DNA from: a virus | Lineage: Duplodnaviria; Heunggongvirae; Uroviricota; Caudoviricetes | DNA: 64,000 nt | Virus record (IMG/VR): IMGVR_UViG_2875713109_000001 | Reading direction: 5' to 3' (one strand) | Shown: in pieces, positions 31,601-40,835 of the stretch | Layout of the letters: every line of letters begins with the position of its first letter | Numbering within the stretch: position 1 is the first letter of the stretch | Made by a program: the position numbers and the translations under genes | Notes under the pieces: generated by a model | Databases searched by the model: none | The model's input: only the letters and a program-made list of their open reading frames with translations | What the model was told of the DNA's origin: nothing

Positions 31601-32440
31601 ATCCTCTTTACGCCTGGCCTTTTCAGCACGTTCAGCACGGGCATCTTCCGCTGCGGCCTTACTCCCTGACTTTCCAATAAAACGACCACGCGCATCGCGT
31701 TGGTTTTGGCTTTTTTGCGCACCGCCTTTTTGATCGAACATTTCGCGAGCGTGTTCGGCTGCTTCGGTCCGTTGTGCCTTTATATCCTCTGGTATAGCCT
31801 TCCTGCGTCGTTTTTTACCCTTTGGTGTAGTTGATTTGGCCTGCTGTTCCTGTTGAGCAATGCCCTCCTGAACTACACGAGAAACGTCCCCTAAATTAAG
31901 CCGTTTCATTGCGTCAACAATAGGGTCTACTGATGGCGCATTGGCCACAAAGTCTGGCCGGGAATTTTCGATTGTTCGATTTAATGCCGACACACTGCGA
32001 GATACTGGGTCAACCGTTGCAACGCGTTCCCCTTTCAAATCACGAGCGAGTTTAACCGTTTCTAACCGCTGTGCTTTAACATCCTCTGTTATTGCCTCTC
32101 TTCGTCTATTTGGGGGATTGTGCGCTGTTGGTGCAGCCTGCTGTGCACGGTTAGTGACTTTGTCCTCCCGTATACGAGAAACGTCCCCTAAATTAAGCCG
32201 TTTTATTGCGTCAACAATAGGGTCCACTGATGGCGCATTGGTCACAAAGTCAGGACGTGAATTTTCGATTGTGCGATTTAATGCCGACACACTGCGAGAG
32301 ACAGGATCAACAGTTGCAACTCGTTCCCCTTTCAAATCTTCAACAGCTTCCCGAATACCTGCAAGCTCTTCCAGCTCTTTCGCGCTGGCGGTTTCAACTG
32401 TCCTTATAACATCGTCAATATTGGCGTTTTTTCTTTCCAT
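28649..32440 (-). CDS. sit: tail tape measure protein with C-terminal lytic transglycosylase domain
   Basis: 1263 aa; SLT motifs AIAATESGG, GALGMFQF, AYNAG; internal tandem duplications. Confidence 0.8.
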   Translation of the reverse strand: MERKNANIDDVIRTVETASAKELEELAGIREAVEDLKGERVATVDPVSRSVSALNRTIENSRPDFVTNAPSVDPIVDAIKRLNLGDVSRIREDKVTNRAQQAAPTAHNPPNRRREAITEDVKAQRLETVKLARDLKGERVATVDPVSRSVSALNRTIENSRPDFVANAPSVDPIVDAMKRLNLGDVSRVVQEGIAQQEQQAKSTTPKGKKRRRKAIPEDIKAQRTEAAEHAREMFDQKGGAQKSQNQRDARGRFIGKSGSKAAAEDARAERAEKARRKEDDERLNAESGLLKKLSKVAEGIGNPSETRAVDALGYAVAGPLWAAGKELGGISKEVGGSLNGARKSIADVIRGNDDNSRRKGFFRRKSQNSADVVQVNTQKRTVQELQEQTSEIKEGNDKILSALDQIAKNTGKKKGGLLSKLFSLLGKGAGGVASLLMGRGMLKKAGALAFGALGAKKLVGMLRGGGKKTIAHEGGDLAARAAGKLGLKAVGKGALRAIPLVGTVAGGIYDAVTGWNDTEAQRRAFGLKSGQDPSFQQKAAYTLANVLDMGGLVSGISSAIGEVLKSLGFEDIGNMLQSFSTESIAQAIDSGITNLETYISNLGDTISTKFEDYTAKIGDAVSAWFSDTSNKLLEKLDAIKDFFTVDNLKQVFSDAIDSAIDFIKNPGKHIKEAAGNIWDGVKNLPGKALDAAVDAVKNTPAAMIVSKIPNPIGEANAKEITPELKAPVNSEANAKEIAPQLKAPVNSEANAKEITPELKAPVNSHQETSDSKTESDAKQTNIVTRVINAALDTAKDSNKTVKETANQIINANAVETGNSALQKIDKAIGQNSSSSSSLNTTGTRSDIQKAADTYNNGRLDVKVGSLGSEGKANLDKLAPYFAELENKYGLPEGTLYAIAATESGGNPYAKSQTGALGMFQFTGIAREETGLAEGESFDPVKSAEAAALLMSKYLKQANGDLNEAITAYNAGFGTINKWKKGTGDLSKENREYAIKVNTHRARYLGGEIYTPGAGAQGGAQYGVRGPLPDNAVIDQSTGLAFTPGDSPFEKGGLVDKIGNAVGVNDLVNKFMNGRGMRREVVQGTLEERARGKGTATAAGNVYVDIPMPVEEARPVASNSSYFDQLGAQMGIDGLFDKLRNSPGMRKNNAPEPASTSKVTTAANDLQQPTGRMQIDGQVISDLGGSGAKPTMQLADNTVSLDGETKRLFAQMTSLLARIEEHTKDSAKGQGTVVKVSTPQPGVMRTVPLSIDDPLMNDYARVD

Positions 32441-32521
32441 GATCTTATCGCCTACCGTTTCGGTTTAAGTTTTTCTTCCAGTTTCTCCAACAGGAAAAAC
32501 GCATAGGATTCAGTAAGCCTT

Positions 32522-33403
32522 TCAGCGTCCTGAATCGGTATACCCCCATACAAAACCAGGTTGGACACTAAGGTCTGATAGCTTTTCAATCCCCACCTGT
32601 GGAATGAAGTCGGTAGCCCGAAAGGGCACCCACAGACGGGTATATGCACCCTCTGTGGACTCCTTTTTATCCTGATTTGGGCATTTATGCGGCGGGAGAC
32701 GAAGACGCATTTCACCTTTATCGATGTAGCACGGTAAACCATGTTCGAGCTTTTCATGAGCCAGTCGGATGTGTGCCGCCAGCTTCATAAATTCAGTATC
32801 AATGGCCATCCGTTTAATCGTTTCATAACGACGCTCAGCCTGATCTTCACGAGTACCGCTAACATCGTTATAAAGCTCACACTGATAAGCGAATTCCCAA
32901 AAACGCAAATCAACGATCGCTTCTTTGAATTCCGCGTCGTCTTCAGGTGGCAATGCTGCACGGCGCATCTCCAGCATTTCCATTGCCCAACCATCAAGCG
33001 GCACGATACGCCATTGATAAGGTACTCCCTCTACAGACACCTCAATATCGTCAATGAAAGGTTCCACTTCCAGGACCTGGATATCTTCAGCCAGAGCATT
33101 CATATCGCAATCGTAATAATGCTCTTTACCGCAATGTTTACAGGTGTAGGTGAATGTCTCGACCGGTGTTTCACGGGAGCCGGTAAATATCCACCATAAC
33201 GCGGTAATCCGGTCCTGCGCCGTCCATGTCAGGGGATCATGTTTCGCGGGTTCAGCCAGCAAGGCTTTTAAATACGCCGTTGTCTGTTGTTCTTGTTCCT
33301 CCGGTGTTATCGAGTTGAAACGCATCGCATCAGCAATATTTGGCTGACGGAACTGGATCAATTCAGTTGGCCGCGATGGTAGCGGGAAAAGGGGTAAAAG
33401 CAT
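32522..33403 (-). CDS. tail/baseplate protein (P1 PmgB-like by synteny)
   Basis: 293 aa, ATG start. Confidence 0.4.
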   Translation of the reverse strand: MLLPLFPLPSRPTELIQFRQPNIADAMRFNSITPEEQEQQTTAYLKALLAEPAKHDPLTWTAQDRITALWWIFTGSRETPVETFTYTCKHCGKEHYYDCDMNALAEDIQVLEVEPFIDDIEVSVEGVPYQWRIVPLDGWAMEMLEMRRAALPPEDDAEFKEAIVDLRFWEFAYQCELYNDVSGTREDQAERRYETIKRMAIDTEFMKLAAHIRLAHEKLEHGLPCYIDKGEMRLRLPPHKCPNQDKKESTEGAYTRLWVPFRATDFIPQVGIEKLSDLSVQPGFVWGYTDSGR

Positions 33404-33417
33404 CCTTGCTCCTTAAT

Positions 33418-34029
33418 TCAAAGAGAAAAACTAAAGCCCAGAAGGGAAGCCAAAGAACTTGAGGATTGGTTAAACGTGCTGTGCAATGCGAAGGTCATTG
33501 GGAATGACTTAAATTCCGTAACCTGATCCCGCGCATAGGTGACATCGCCGGTAGTGACCGGGAATACCGTCATCTCATTTTCCAGTTTGGTTAAGCCGGA
33601 AGACAGCAACCGATAAATACGCACATTGAGCAAATATTTAGACGGTATATTCCCGGTACCGTCCGGATTGATCACCCGACTTTTTGCCGTCTTAAACCAG
33701 TCTAAAACGAGGCCATCAACGGTATCCCTGACCATCATTGTTATCTGCCCAGGCGAACGCTCCGTTGGTTGAAGGATATTCCCTCCGCCGATTTTAATCG
33801 TTTCATATTCGATGCTGTAATCGTGGTAGGTAATGTCTTTGGCAAAGAAGTCTGCCCCCTCCAGTCCATCAACTTCGACAGAGAACTGCCATCCTTGCGC
33901 GAACAGCATTTTGTTCATGATGATTGACGTCAGCTTACCAACTTCCCGCTCACCAACGCCGGAGCCAAATAATGTCGTCGTTAATGCCGAAGATACATAA
34001 GACTTTACTGAAGCAACATTAAGCCCCAT
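33418..34029 (-). CDS. tail structural protein
   Basis: 203 aa, ATG start, in tail gene array. Confidence 0.4.
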   Translation of the reverse strand: MGLNVASVKSYVSSALTTTLFGSGVGEREVGKLTSIIMNKMLFAQGWQFSVEVDGLEGADFFAKDITYHDYSIEYETIKIGGGNILQPTERSPGQITMMVRDTVDGLVLDWFKTAKSRVINPDGTGNIPSKYLLNVRIYRLLSSGLTKLENEMTVFPVTTGDVTYARDQVTEFKSFPMTFALHSTFNQSSSSLASLLGFSFSL

Positions 34030-34039
34030 ATCAGCCCCC

Positions 34040-34630
<591 letters not shown>

Positions 34631-34686
34631 TTAACAGATTCTACGAGTTGTCATTTGTGACAGTATGCTCGCAATCGTAGTGATTA

Positions 34687-35226
34687 CTACCACCAACTGC
34701 TAGCTTTCTTCTCTCTAGCTTTTCCTTCGCTTTGCAGTAAATCTTTACTTCCTGTAGAAATATTTCTATTTGCATCAGCCTCAGACTGAATTACATCTGT
34801 CTTAGCTGCTCTCTCCTTCAACTCCTGCTCTATAAAATCGTTTTCTCGCTGGACACGAGCCGCTTTTGCTTGCAGTTCGAGTTTCATGCTTTCGAGTTGC
34901 AGCTTGCGAAGCTCATCCTCATAAGCTTGATCTCGCTTCTTGTCATTTGCTAGCTCGGCTTCTCGTTTCGCTCTACGTTCATTTTCTGCAGCAACACGCT
35001 GTTTTTCGCGTGCAGCAGCGGCAGATGCTGCTTTTTCTCTTCTAATACGTTCAGCTTGTGCTTGTTGGCGAATAAGTTCTTTTCTGGCATCCTCAGCTTG
35101 CTGCTCTTTAGCTCGCCCTTCATTTTCCGCTTGAGCAATAGCAGCAATTTGACTTTGCAACGAGTTAGCCAAGGCAGTGCCTACACTAAACGTAGAAAAG
35201 ATTAGAAATAAAATAATTTTATTCAT
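34687..35226 (-). CDS. secreted charged coiled-coil protein (signal peptide MNKIILFLIFSTFSVGTALA)
   Basis: Cleavable-type signal peptide then E/R/K/Q/A-rich repeats; AT-rich DNA. Confidence 0.55.
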   Translation of the reverse strand: MNKIILFLIFSTFSVGTALANSLQSQIAAIAQAENEGRAKEQQAEDARKELIRQQAQAERIRREKAASAAAAREKQRVAAENERRAKREAELANDKKRDQAYEDELRKLQLESMKLELQAKAARVQRENDFIEQELKERAAKTDVIQSEADANRNISTGSKDLLQSEGKAREKKASSWW

Positions 35227-35229
35227 AAA

Positions 35230-35751
35230 TTATTTCTTTTCTGGACAAGTAGCATTTGGCTGAATTCGAGTTTCATTATCTTTAGTTGAAATAAGCACAG
35301 CAAGCCCCGTTGTAAACTGGCATGCTTTACCAACTTGAGTTGAAGTGAACACCTTAGTTCCTTCTTTATAAGTCAGTGAAACACCTTCAACAATTGTTTT
35401 ATCACTAACCAAAGAACCAGCCGCTGCACCAAGAGCCGCACCACCAGTACCGCCAGCTACAGCACCCAGTGTCGATGTGCCTTTAACATTATAACCGGCA
35501 ACGCCCCCAGCAACAGCTCCCAGTACCGCACCAAATGTCTGTGCCGCTTCTTTATTAGCTTTATTATCAACTTTCACTTTAGCTGGAAGCACAGAGATAA
35601 TATTGACTGTCTTTGTTTCCTGCTTCGAATTCAATTGAGCGGTATCATAAACATCGGCAGCATAATCAGCACCGCTAGATTGACACCCAGAAAGAAGAAT
35701 TGCAGATACAACAAGAGCGCATAAAGTATACTTTTTAGACATAAGAATCAT
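35230..35751 (-). CDS. lipoprotein with glycine-zipper segment (SlyB-like)
   Basis: Lipobox LLSGC; GAVLGAVAGGVAGY...GAVAGGTGGAALGAAAGS; AT-rich. Confidence 0.6.
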   Translation of the reverse strand: MILMSKKYTLCALVVSAILLSGCQSSGADYAADVYDTAQLNSKQETKTVNIISVLPAKVKVDNKANKEAAQTFGAVLGAVAGGVAGYNVKGTSTLGAVAGGTGGAALGAAAGSLVSDKTIVEGVSLTYKEGTKVFTSTQVGKACQFTTGLAVLISTKDNETRIQPNATCPEKK

Positions 35752-36032
35752 CCCAGAAAAACAAAAACCGGCGAGAAGTTACCACGAGAACGGAAAGTAA
35801 ACAAGAATACTCCCATTGACTTATATCAAATAATCAACTTTTTATAAGCTATCCCTAACTTATTGTGTATAGCTGAAAAGTCAGAGATAAGTTCACCATC
35901 TGCATTATTTCTTAAGTTAATAGTTTATTGCTAACTTAATTTATGTATCGACTATTGATATCCATCTTAAAGTAACAATATCCCTCTGCATTATTTTTCA
36001 TCACAAATAATACATCTATTGCACTACGCTCA

Positions 36033-36049
36033 CCTGCTCTAATAAATTT
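36033..36049 (+). promoter_or_regulatory. C1 operator-like site (Op51-like) CCTGCTCTAATAAATTT
   Basis: 15/17 match to remembered C1 consensus; just upstream of the immI promoter. Confidence 0.5.
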
Positions 36050-36087
36050 GTATTTTTAAGTCGCGAATGCTATCTTTTCGCATCATA

Positions 36088-36116
36088 TTGACCTTTTAAT
36101 CGTTCAGGCTTATAGT
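36088..36116 (+). promoter_or_regulatory. sigma70 promoter TTGACC-17 bp-TATAGT for the c4-icd-ant operon
   Basis: Near-consensus -35 and -10 with 17-bp spacer. Confidence 0.5.
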
Positions 36117-36229
36117 TTCGCCGTCGTAGCAAATTCTGCGACCAGGTTTGACAGCCTGAATGATTGTGCGGACAACCGCAGATTTCCGATATTGCGGTAT
36201 TTTTGTGTCCGTTAAACCGCGTTACGCCC

Positions 36230-36340
36230 AAATTATGGTGGGGCGTGATGGGGAGGCTTCGGCCTGCTGGTTTCACAATCGCCAGTCTGTCAACCCTGTC
36301 ACGTCCTGCCACCTGTTTGACAGCGGGTAGCAGGTTGTTA
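36230..36340 (+). ncRNA. c4: c4-like antisense repressor RNA region (approximate)
   Basis: Leader between promoter and icd holds hairpin-prone GC segments and TTTGACAGC boxes (~36148, ~36315) with a partial complement CTGTCAAC (~36288). Confidence 0.35.
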
Positions 36341-36363
36341 AACCTGATTGTGAGGCCGTAACT

Positions 36364-36585
36364 ATGGTTAATGCCAATCCTTGCGCACGCCCAGAATTCA
36401 TCTGGCGTTTCTATTCCTGTAAAAAACACCACTATCACTTCGTTATCGCAGCAACTGAAGACGAAGCACGCTCTCAATTGCCTGATGGCCCCTGCATTTT
36501 TACTGCCCGTTTTTCAACTAACTCGCGCAATTCACTTAGTTACTGGAGCCTCCCCTTCTCTGCCGACGTTCAGGGGGGTTTATGA
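36364..36585 (+). CDS. icd: Icd-like small protein
   Basis: 73 aa, ATG with SD GAGG; stop overlaps ant start (ATGA). Confidence 0.6.
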   Translation: MVNANPCARPEFIWRFYSCKKHHYHFVIAATEDEARSQLPDGPCIFTARFSTNSRNSLSYWSLPFSADVQGGL

Positions 36586-37616
36586 AAACACCTCTCGTCA
36601 CCCGTAATGAAATAGCCGAAGCGATCGCCTTGCATACTGCCTGTATGCCGACACGGGAGATCCCCGGCGCAATTGCTAACTATTTCATGATAACCAGACG
36701 TTTTTATACCCGAACAGATAAGGCTGTGATCAACAGGCTACTGATAGCCGAGATCAGGGATTATTTGATTGAACAAGGACGTCTACGTTACGCAACAGTG
36801 GCAGCAGAAATGAGAAAGGAGGCACATAGAATGACCGGTAATAATTTAAATGTTGAAAAACCAGCACCTGTTGCTTCAGCTACGCCAGCACCAGCCCTGA
36901 ATGTCATCCCCAACACCGGAGACACAATCGACAGCCAAACATTGTTGAAGATGGTCAATGAGGCACGGAAATTATGTAGCGAAAAACCAGTTCGCAACAA
37001 TGATTTCATTGCCAGAGTTAAGGATGAGCTTGAAGGAGAAACCTACGAAATTTTCGTAGGTCAAAAAAACGGCGCAGAAATAGATATTATAACCATGACC
37101 TACAAACAAGCCCTGCGAGTTGCCGCGCGCGAGTCAAAAGCGGTCCGCCGTTCGCTGATCGACAAACTGGAAGAATTGCAGCAGGCAAACTCCCCTACCC
37201 CATCGATCCCCCAAACATTACCAGAAGCTCTACGCCTGGCTGCCGAGTTGGCAGAACAGAAAATGCAGTTGGAACAACAGCTGGTGGCCGCAGCCCCTAA
37301 AGTCGATTTTGCCGACCGGGTATCAGTGGCCAATGGAATCCTGATCGGGAACTTTGCAAAGGTCGTTGGACTTAAGCAAAACGCCCTTTTCTCATGGTTG
37401 CGCCAGAACGGCATTCTCATGGCTTTTGGTGCGCGCAAAAACGTACCGCGCCAACAGTACATCAACGCCGGGTATTTCACAGTGAAAGAAGTGGTGCTGG
37501 ATGATGAAAATGGCTACCAGATACGGCTGACGCCCCAATTAACGGGTAAAGGCCAGCAGTGGTTAACTCGCAAGCTACTTGATGCTGGTTTGTTAAAACC
37601 AGTAGCAATAGGTTAA
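36582..37616 (+). CDS. ant1: antirepressor Ant
   Basis: 344 aa; C-terminal antirepressor-type region shared with KilA (IPQTLPEALRLAAELAEQK...GKGQQWL). Confidence 0.7.
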   Translation: MKTPLVTRNEIAEAIALHTACMPTREIPGAIANYFMITRRFYTRTDKAVINRLLIAEIRDYLIEQGRLRYATVAAEMRKEAHRMTGNNLNVEKPAPVASATPAPALNVIPNTGDTIDSQTLLKMVNEARKLCSEKPVRNNDFIARVKDELEGETYEIFVGQKNGAEIDIITMTYKQALRVAARESKAVRRSLIDKLEELQQANSPTPSIPQTLPEALRLAAELAEQKMQLEQQLVAAAPKVDFADRVSVANGILIGNFAKVVGLKQNALFSWLRQNGILMAFGARKNVPRQQYINAGYFTVKEVVLDDENGYQIRLTPQLTGKGQQWLTRKLLDAGLLKPVAIG

Positions 37617-37694
37617 CAAAAGAAAAAAACCTGCCAGCAAACTGGCAGGTTTCTGAGCAGATCGTCCAACCCGATCTGGATCGAGTCAGAAAAA

Positions 37695-37711
37695 TTTGCT
37701 CTAATAAATTT
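37695..37711 (+). promoter_or_regulatory. C1 operator-like site (Op53-like) TTTGCTCTAATAAATTT
   Basis: 16/17 match; 70 bp upstream of kilA. Confidence 0.55.
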
Positions 37712-37780
37712 CGTTTTCTAAGTGCAAAGAATCACCATTTCGAGCTGGTGATTGAAGGTTGATGCAAATTTGGAGAAAAA

Positions 37781-38581
37781 ATGCAACAAACATTCAATGC
37801 GGATATGAATATATCAAACCTTCATCAAAATGTCGATCCTTCAACCACTCTGCCTGTTATTTGTGGTGTTGAAATTACGACCGACCGCGCTGGCCGTTAC
37901 AACCTTAATGCTCTACACAGAGCGAGCGGACTCGGTGCCCATAAAGCGCCAGCTCAATGGCTAAGAACGCTGTCAGCCAAACAGCTCATTGAAGAGCTTG
38001 AAAAAGAAACTATGCAGAATTGCATAGTTTCGTTCGAAGGCCGTGGCGGCGGCACTTTTGCACATGAATTGCTCGCAGTGGAGTACGCAGGTTGGATTTC
38101 TCCCGCGTTTCGGCTGAAGGTAAACCAGACATTTATCGACTATCGAGCTGGAAGATTACAACCTGCTATTCCGCAGAGCCTCCCAGAAGCTCTCCGTTTG
38201 GCTGCTGACCTGGCAGAGCAAAAGCAACGGCTGGAGCAAAAAATGCTGATGGATGCACCTAAAGTCGAATTCGCCGAACGCGTTGCTACCGCCAGCGGGG
38301 TTCTAATCGGCAACTATGCCAAAGTGCTCGGCCTGGGCCAAAACTATCTCTTCACCTGGTTGCGTGATAACGGAATTCTGATCGCAACCGGTGAACGCAG
38401 GAACGTCCCCAAACAAGAATACATATCCCGTGGGTATTTCACCCTTAAAGAAACCGTGATCGATACAAGCAATGGAAGCAGGATTTCTTTCACGACTCGT
38501 ATAACCGGCAAAGGTCAGCAGTGGCTGATGAAGCGATTGCTTGATGCTGGTGTGCTGGTACCTGTCGCGGCAACGCGCTAA
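37781..38581 (+). CDS. kilA: KilA (KilA-N domain plus antirepressor-type C-terminal domain)
   Basis: 266 aa; N-terminal NLNALHRASGLGAHKAPAQWLRT; C-terminus paralogous to Ant. Confidence 0.75.
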   Translation: MQQTFNADMNISNLHQNVDPSTTLPVICGVEITTDRAGRYNLNALHRASGLGAHKAPAQWLRTLSAKQLIEELEKETMQNCIVSFEGRGGGTFAHELLAVEYAGWISPAFRLKVNQTFIDYRAGRLQPAIPQSLPEALRLAADLAEQKQRLEQKMLMDAPKVEFAERVATASGVLIGNYAKVLGLGQNYLFTWLRDNGILIATGERRNVPKQEYISRGYFTLKETVIDTSNGSRISFTTRITGKGQQWLMKRLLDAGVLVPVAATR

Positions 38582-38610
38582 CAGACGTAGTAAGAACCAC
38601 CAGCATTGTA

Positions 38611-39456
38611 ATGCTGGCTAAAGTCACTTTCCTGAGCTGTATAACGATGAGCGATTTTACTTTTTCTGGCTATGAATTGGCTTGCTTTGTAACACACTCC
38701 GGTCTATCCCGTAGCGCCGGGCATATCCTGTCGCAATGTGCAAATCTCGCGGCAACAACCAGTGAATACTTCATTCACAAGCCTCACCGCTTGATCGCGG
38801 CAGAAACTGGTTATAGCCAATCAACCGTCGTTCGTGCATTCCGTGAAGCTGTAAACAAAGGAATCCTGTCTGTAGAGATTGTTATCGGCGATCACCGTGA
38901 ACGTCGCGCTAACCTGTACCGGTTTACACCATCCTTTTTGGCCTACGCACAACAAGCCAAAAATGCGCTGATTGAAAGCAAATTAAAGATCTCTTCAGCC
39001 GCAACCAAGGTTAAAGCTGTTCTCGCTAAGACATTGGCTTTATTTAATTTTTTATCCACACCCCCATGTCAAAATGATACCCCCTCCCCCTGTCAGGATG
39101 ACGTGGCAATAAAGAATAAGAAGTCACAAGTTAAAAAAACAAAAAGATCAGTTTCCGGCGGTGCCGGAACGACCAGACTCAAAAAATTGACTTCATGGAT
39201 CGCTGAGGCAAAAGCAAAGGCTGACAATCTGCGGTTATCCAAAAAACGCGCTCAAAAACATGAGTTCAAGCAGAAAGTAGAGGCGGCAGCGCGGAAATAT
39301 GCTTACCTGAAGAACAAGCGTTCTCCTGATATTGACGGGGTATCAAACTTCGATAATTTGCCGCATTGCATGACGGTAAACGAAGCTCTTAATGCGGTTT
39401 TAGCCAAAAATAAAGATAACGAACAATGGGGTATACCGGCAGGATTCAGAGGGTAA
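38611..39456 (+). CDS. repL: lytic replication protein RepL-like
   Basis: 281 aa directly after kilA; alternative ATG at 38647. Confidence 0.6.
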   Translation: MLAKVTFLSCITMSDFTFSGYELACFVTHSGLSRSAGHILSQCANLAATTSEYFIHKPHRLIAAETGYSQSTVVRAFREAVNKGILSVEIVIGDHRERRANLYRFTPSFLAYAQQAKNALIESKLKISSAATKVKAVLAKTLALFNFLSTPPCQNDTPSPCQDDVAIKNKKSQVKKTKRSVSGGAGTTRLKKLTSWIAEAKAKADNLRLSKKRAQKHEFKQKVEAAARKYAYLKNKRSPDIDGVSNFDNLPHCMTVNEALNAVLAKNKDNEQWGIPAGFRG

Positions 39457-39490
39457 TGAATTGTTCTAATTATAACCATGCATACTTTCA

Positions 39491-39527
39491 ACGCCTCTAG
39501 TTTGCCATGAGGCAAACTCATAGGCGT
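39491..39527. terminator. nested hairpin ACGCCT..AGTTTGCC-atga-GGCAAACT..AGGCGT after repL
   Basis: 8-bp inner plus 6-bp outer stem; no clear T-run. Confidence 0.4.
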
Positions 39528-39624
39528 CCTGGTAAGAGGGCACTGTTGCCAAAACTGGACGTCCCATTATTGCAATTAATAAACAACTAACGGACAATTC
39601 TACCTAACAATAAGTGGAGTTAAC

Positions 39625-40329
39625 ATGTTGAACCGAAGAACATTTAATGTATTCTGCGATGAATCCTGTCACCTACTAAATGATCATAATAAAGTCATGG
39701 TATTGGGTGCGCTTTGGTGCCCTGGCACTATCACAAAAAAAATTGCTAGAGACATCAAGGAATTAAAATTAAAACACAATCTAAAACCTGATTTCGAAAT
39801 CAAGTGGACTAAAGTATCTGCGTCCAAGGTTGAATTTTACTTAGATGTCGTAGATTACTTCTTCAGCAACCCAGCATTGCGCTTTAGAGGTGTTGTTGTT
39901 CCTGATAAAGAGCAACTGGACCATGCTCGATTCCATCAAGATCATAATACTTTCTATTATAAGATGTTTTTTTATGTCTTAAAAAACATAATAGAAAGTA
40001 ACAACACATACAATATCTACCTAGATATAAAAGATACTTTAGGTATTGAAAAAATTGAGAAATTAAGAGGAGTTCTTCACAATGATCGCTATGATTACAA
40101 TCATGAGTCGATAAACAGAATTCAACATATACGATCTCATGAAGTGCAACAATTGCAGCTAACGGATCTTTTCATTGGTGCGTTAGGCTACGTTCATCGA
40201 GGAATGAATAGCAACGCGGGAAAAATCCAAGTCATAAACAGGATAAAATCACATACAAACAGGGATTTACTAAAAAGCACTCTTCCAACAGAAAGTAAAT
40301 TTAATATTTTCGTGTGGGAGGCTCGCTGA
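39625..40329 (+). CDS. cassette gene A: unknown protein with N-terminal FCDES motif, possibly DUF3800-like nuclease fold
   Basis: 234 aa; ATG with SD GGAG; motifs NVFCDESCH and QLQLTDLFIGALG; ~35% GC with rare codons. Confidence 0.65.
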   Translation: MLNRRTFNVFCDESCHLLNDHNKVMVLGALWCPGTITKKIARDIKELKLKHNLKPDFEIKWTKVSASKVEFYLDVVDYFFSNPALRFRGVVVPDKEQLDHARFHQDHNTFYYKMFFYVLKNIIESNNTYNIYLDIKDTLGIEKIEKLRGVLHNDRYDYNHESINRIQHIRSHEVQQLQLTDLFIGALGYVHRGMNSNAGKIQVINRIKSHTNRDLLKSTLPTESKFNIFVWEAR

Positions 40330-40793
40330 TGCTTCAAATGCCAGATTTATTGTACTTCAATGGAAGTTGGCAAGAGTATATAGACGATGTATATTATGTT
40401 GTCAGAGAAGACATTTTAATCTCTAATATAACGTTTAAGGGTCTCCCTGTTCGGTTACGTTATTCACCGGAATATGATGGGAAAGAGTTCGGATTTTGGC
40501 ATTTAGTATCAGAGGGAAAAATAGAAGAAGAACGAATACCTGATCTTGAACGGTGTAAGCGGATCCGCTGGATCGCGCATATGATAAGGAATTATAACCA
40601 TTCCGATATATCATGTTGGTCTGAAAGACGAGGACCAACTGAAGAATGGGTAATCTGGAACGAGTGTGAAAACTACGTTGTTGTGCTATCCGCACGTAGA
40701 GACTATTGGCTTCTTAAAACAGCCTATGTTGTAACCTATAACAGTAAAATCAGAACACTCAAACAAAGCAGAAAAAGAGCGCTTGGGACATAA
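40329..40793 (+). CDS. cassette gene B: unknown Trp/Tyr-rich 154-aa protein, translationally coupled to gene A
   Basis: ATG overlaps gene A stop (TGATG) with strong SD GGGAGG 8 nt upstream; track frame opens at GTG 40314. Confidence 0.6.
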   Translation: MLQMPDLLYFNGSWQEYIDDVYYVVREDILISNITFKGLPVRLRYSPEYDGKEFGFWHLVSEGKIEEERIPDLERCKRIRWIAHMIRNYNHSDISCWSERRGPTEEWVIWNECENYVVVLSARRDYWLLKTAYVVTYNSKIRTLKQSRKRALGT

Positions 40794-40801
40794 AAAAGCT
40801 G

Positions 40802-40835
40802 AACCCGACACATATTGCTATGTATCGGGTTCGAT
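40802..40835 (+). terminator. hairpin AACCCGACACATA-ttgc-TATGTATCGGGTT after cassette
   Basis: 13-bp stem with one mismatch. Confidence 0.4.

Noticed and set aside
36070-36477. 135-aa minus-strand ORF across the immI operator/promoter/c4 region
   Set aside because: Covers a known regulatory layout (operator, promoter, antisense RNA) on the opposite strand; Cys/Arg-rich translation typical of a non-coding frame.
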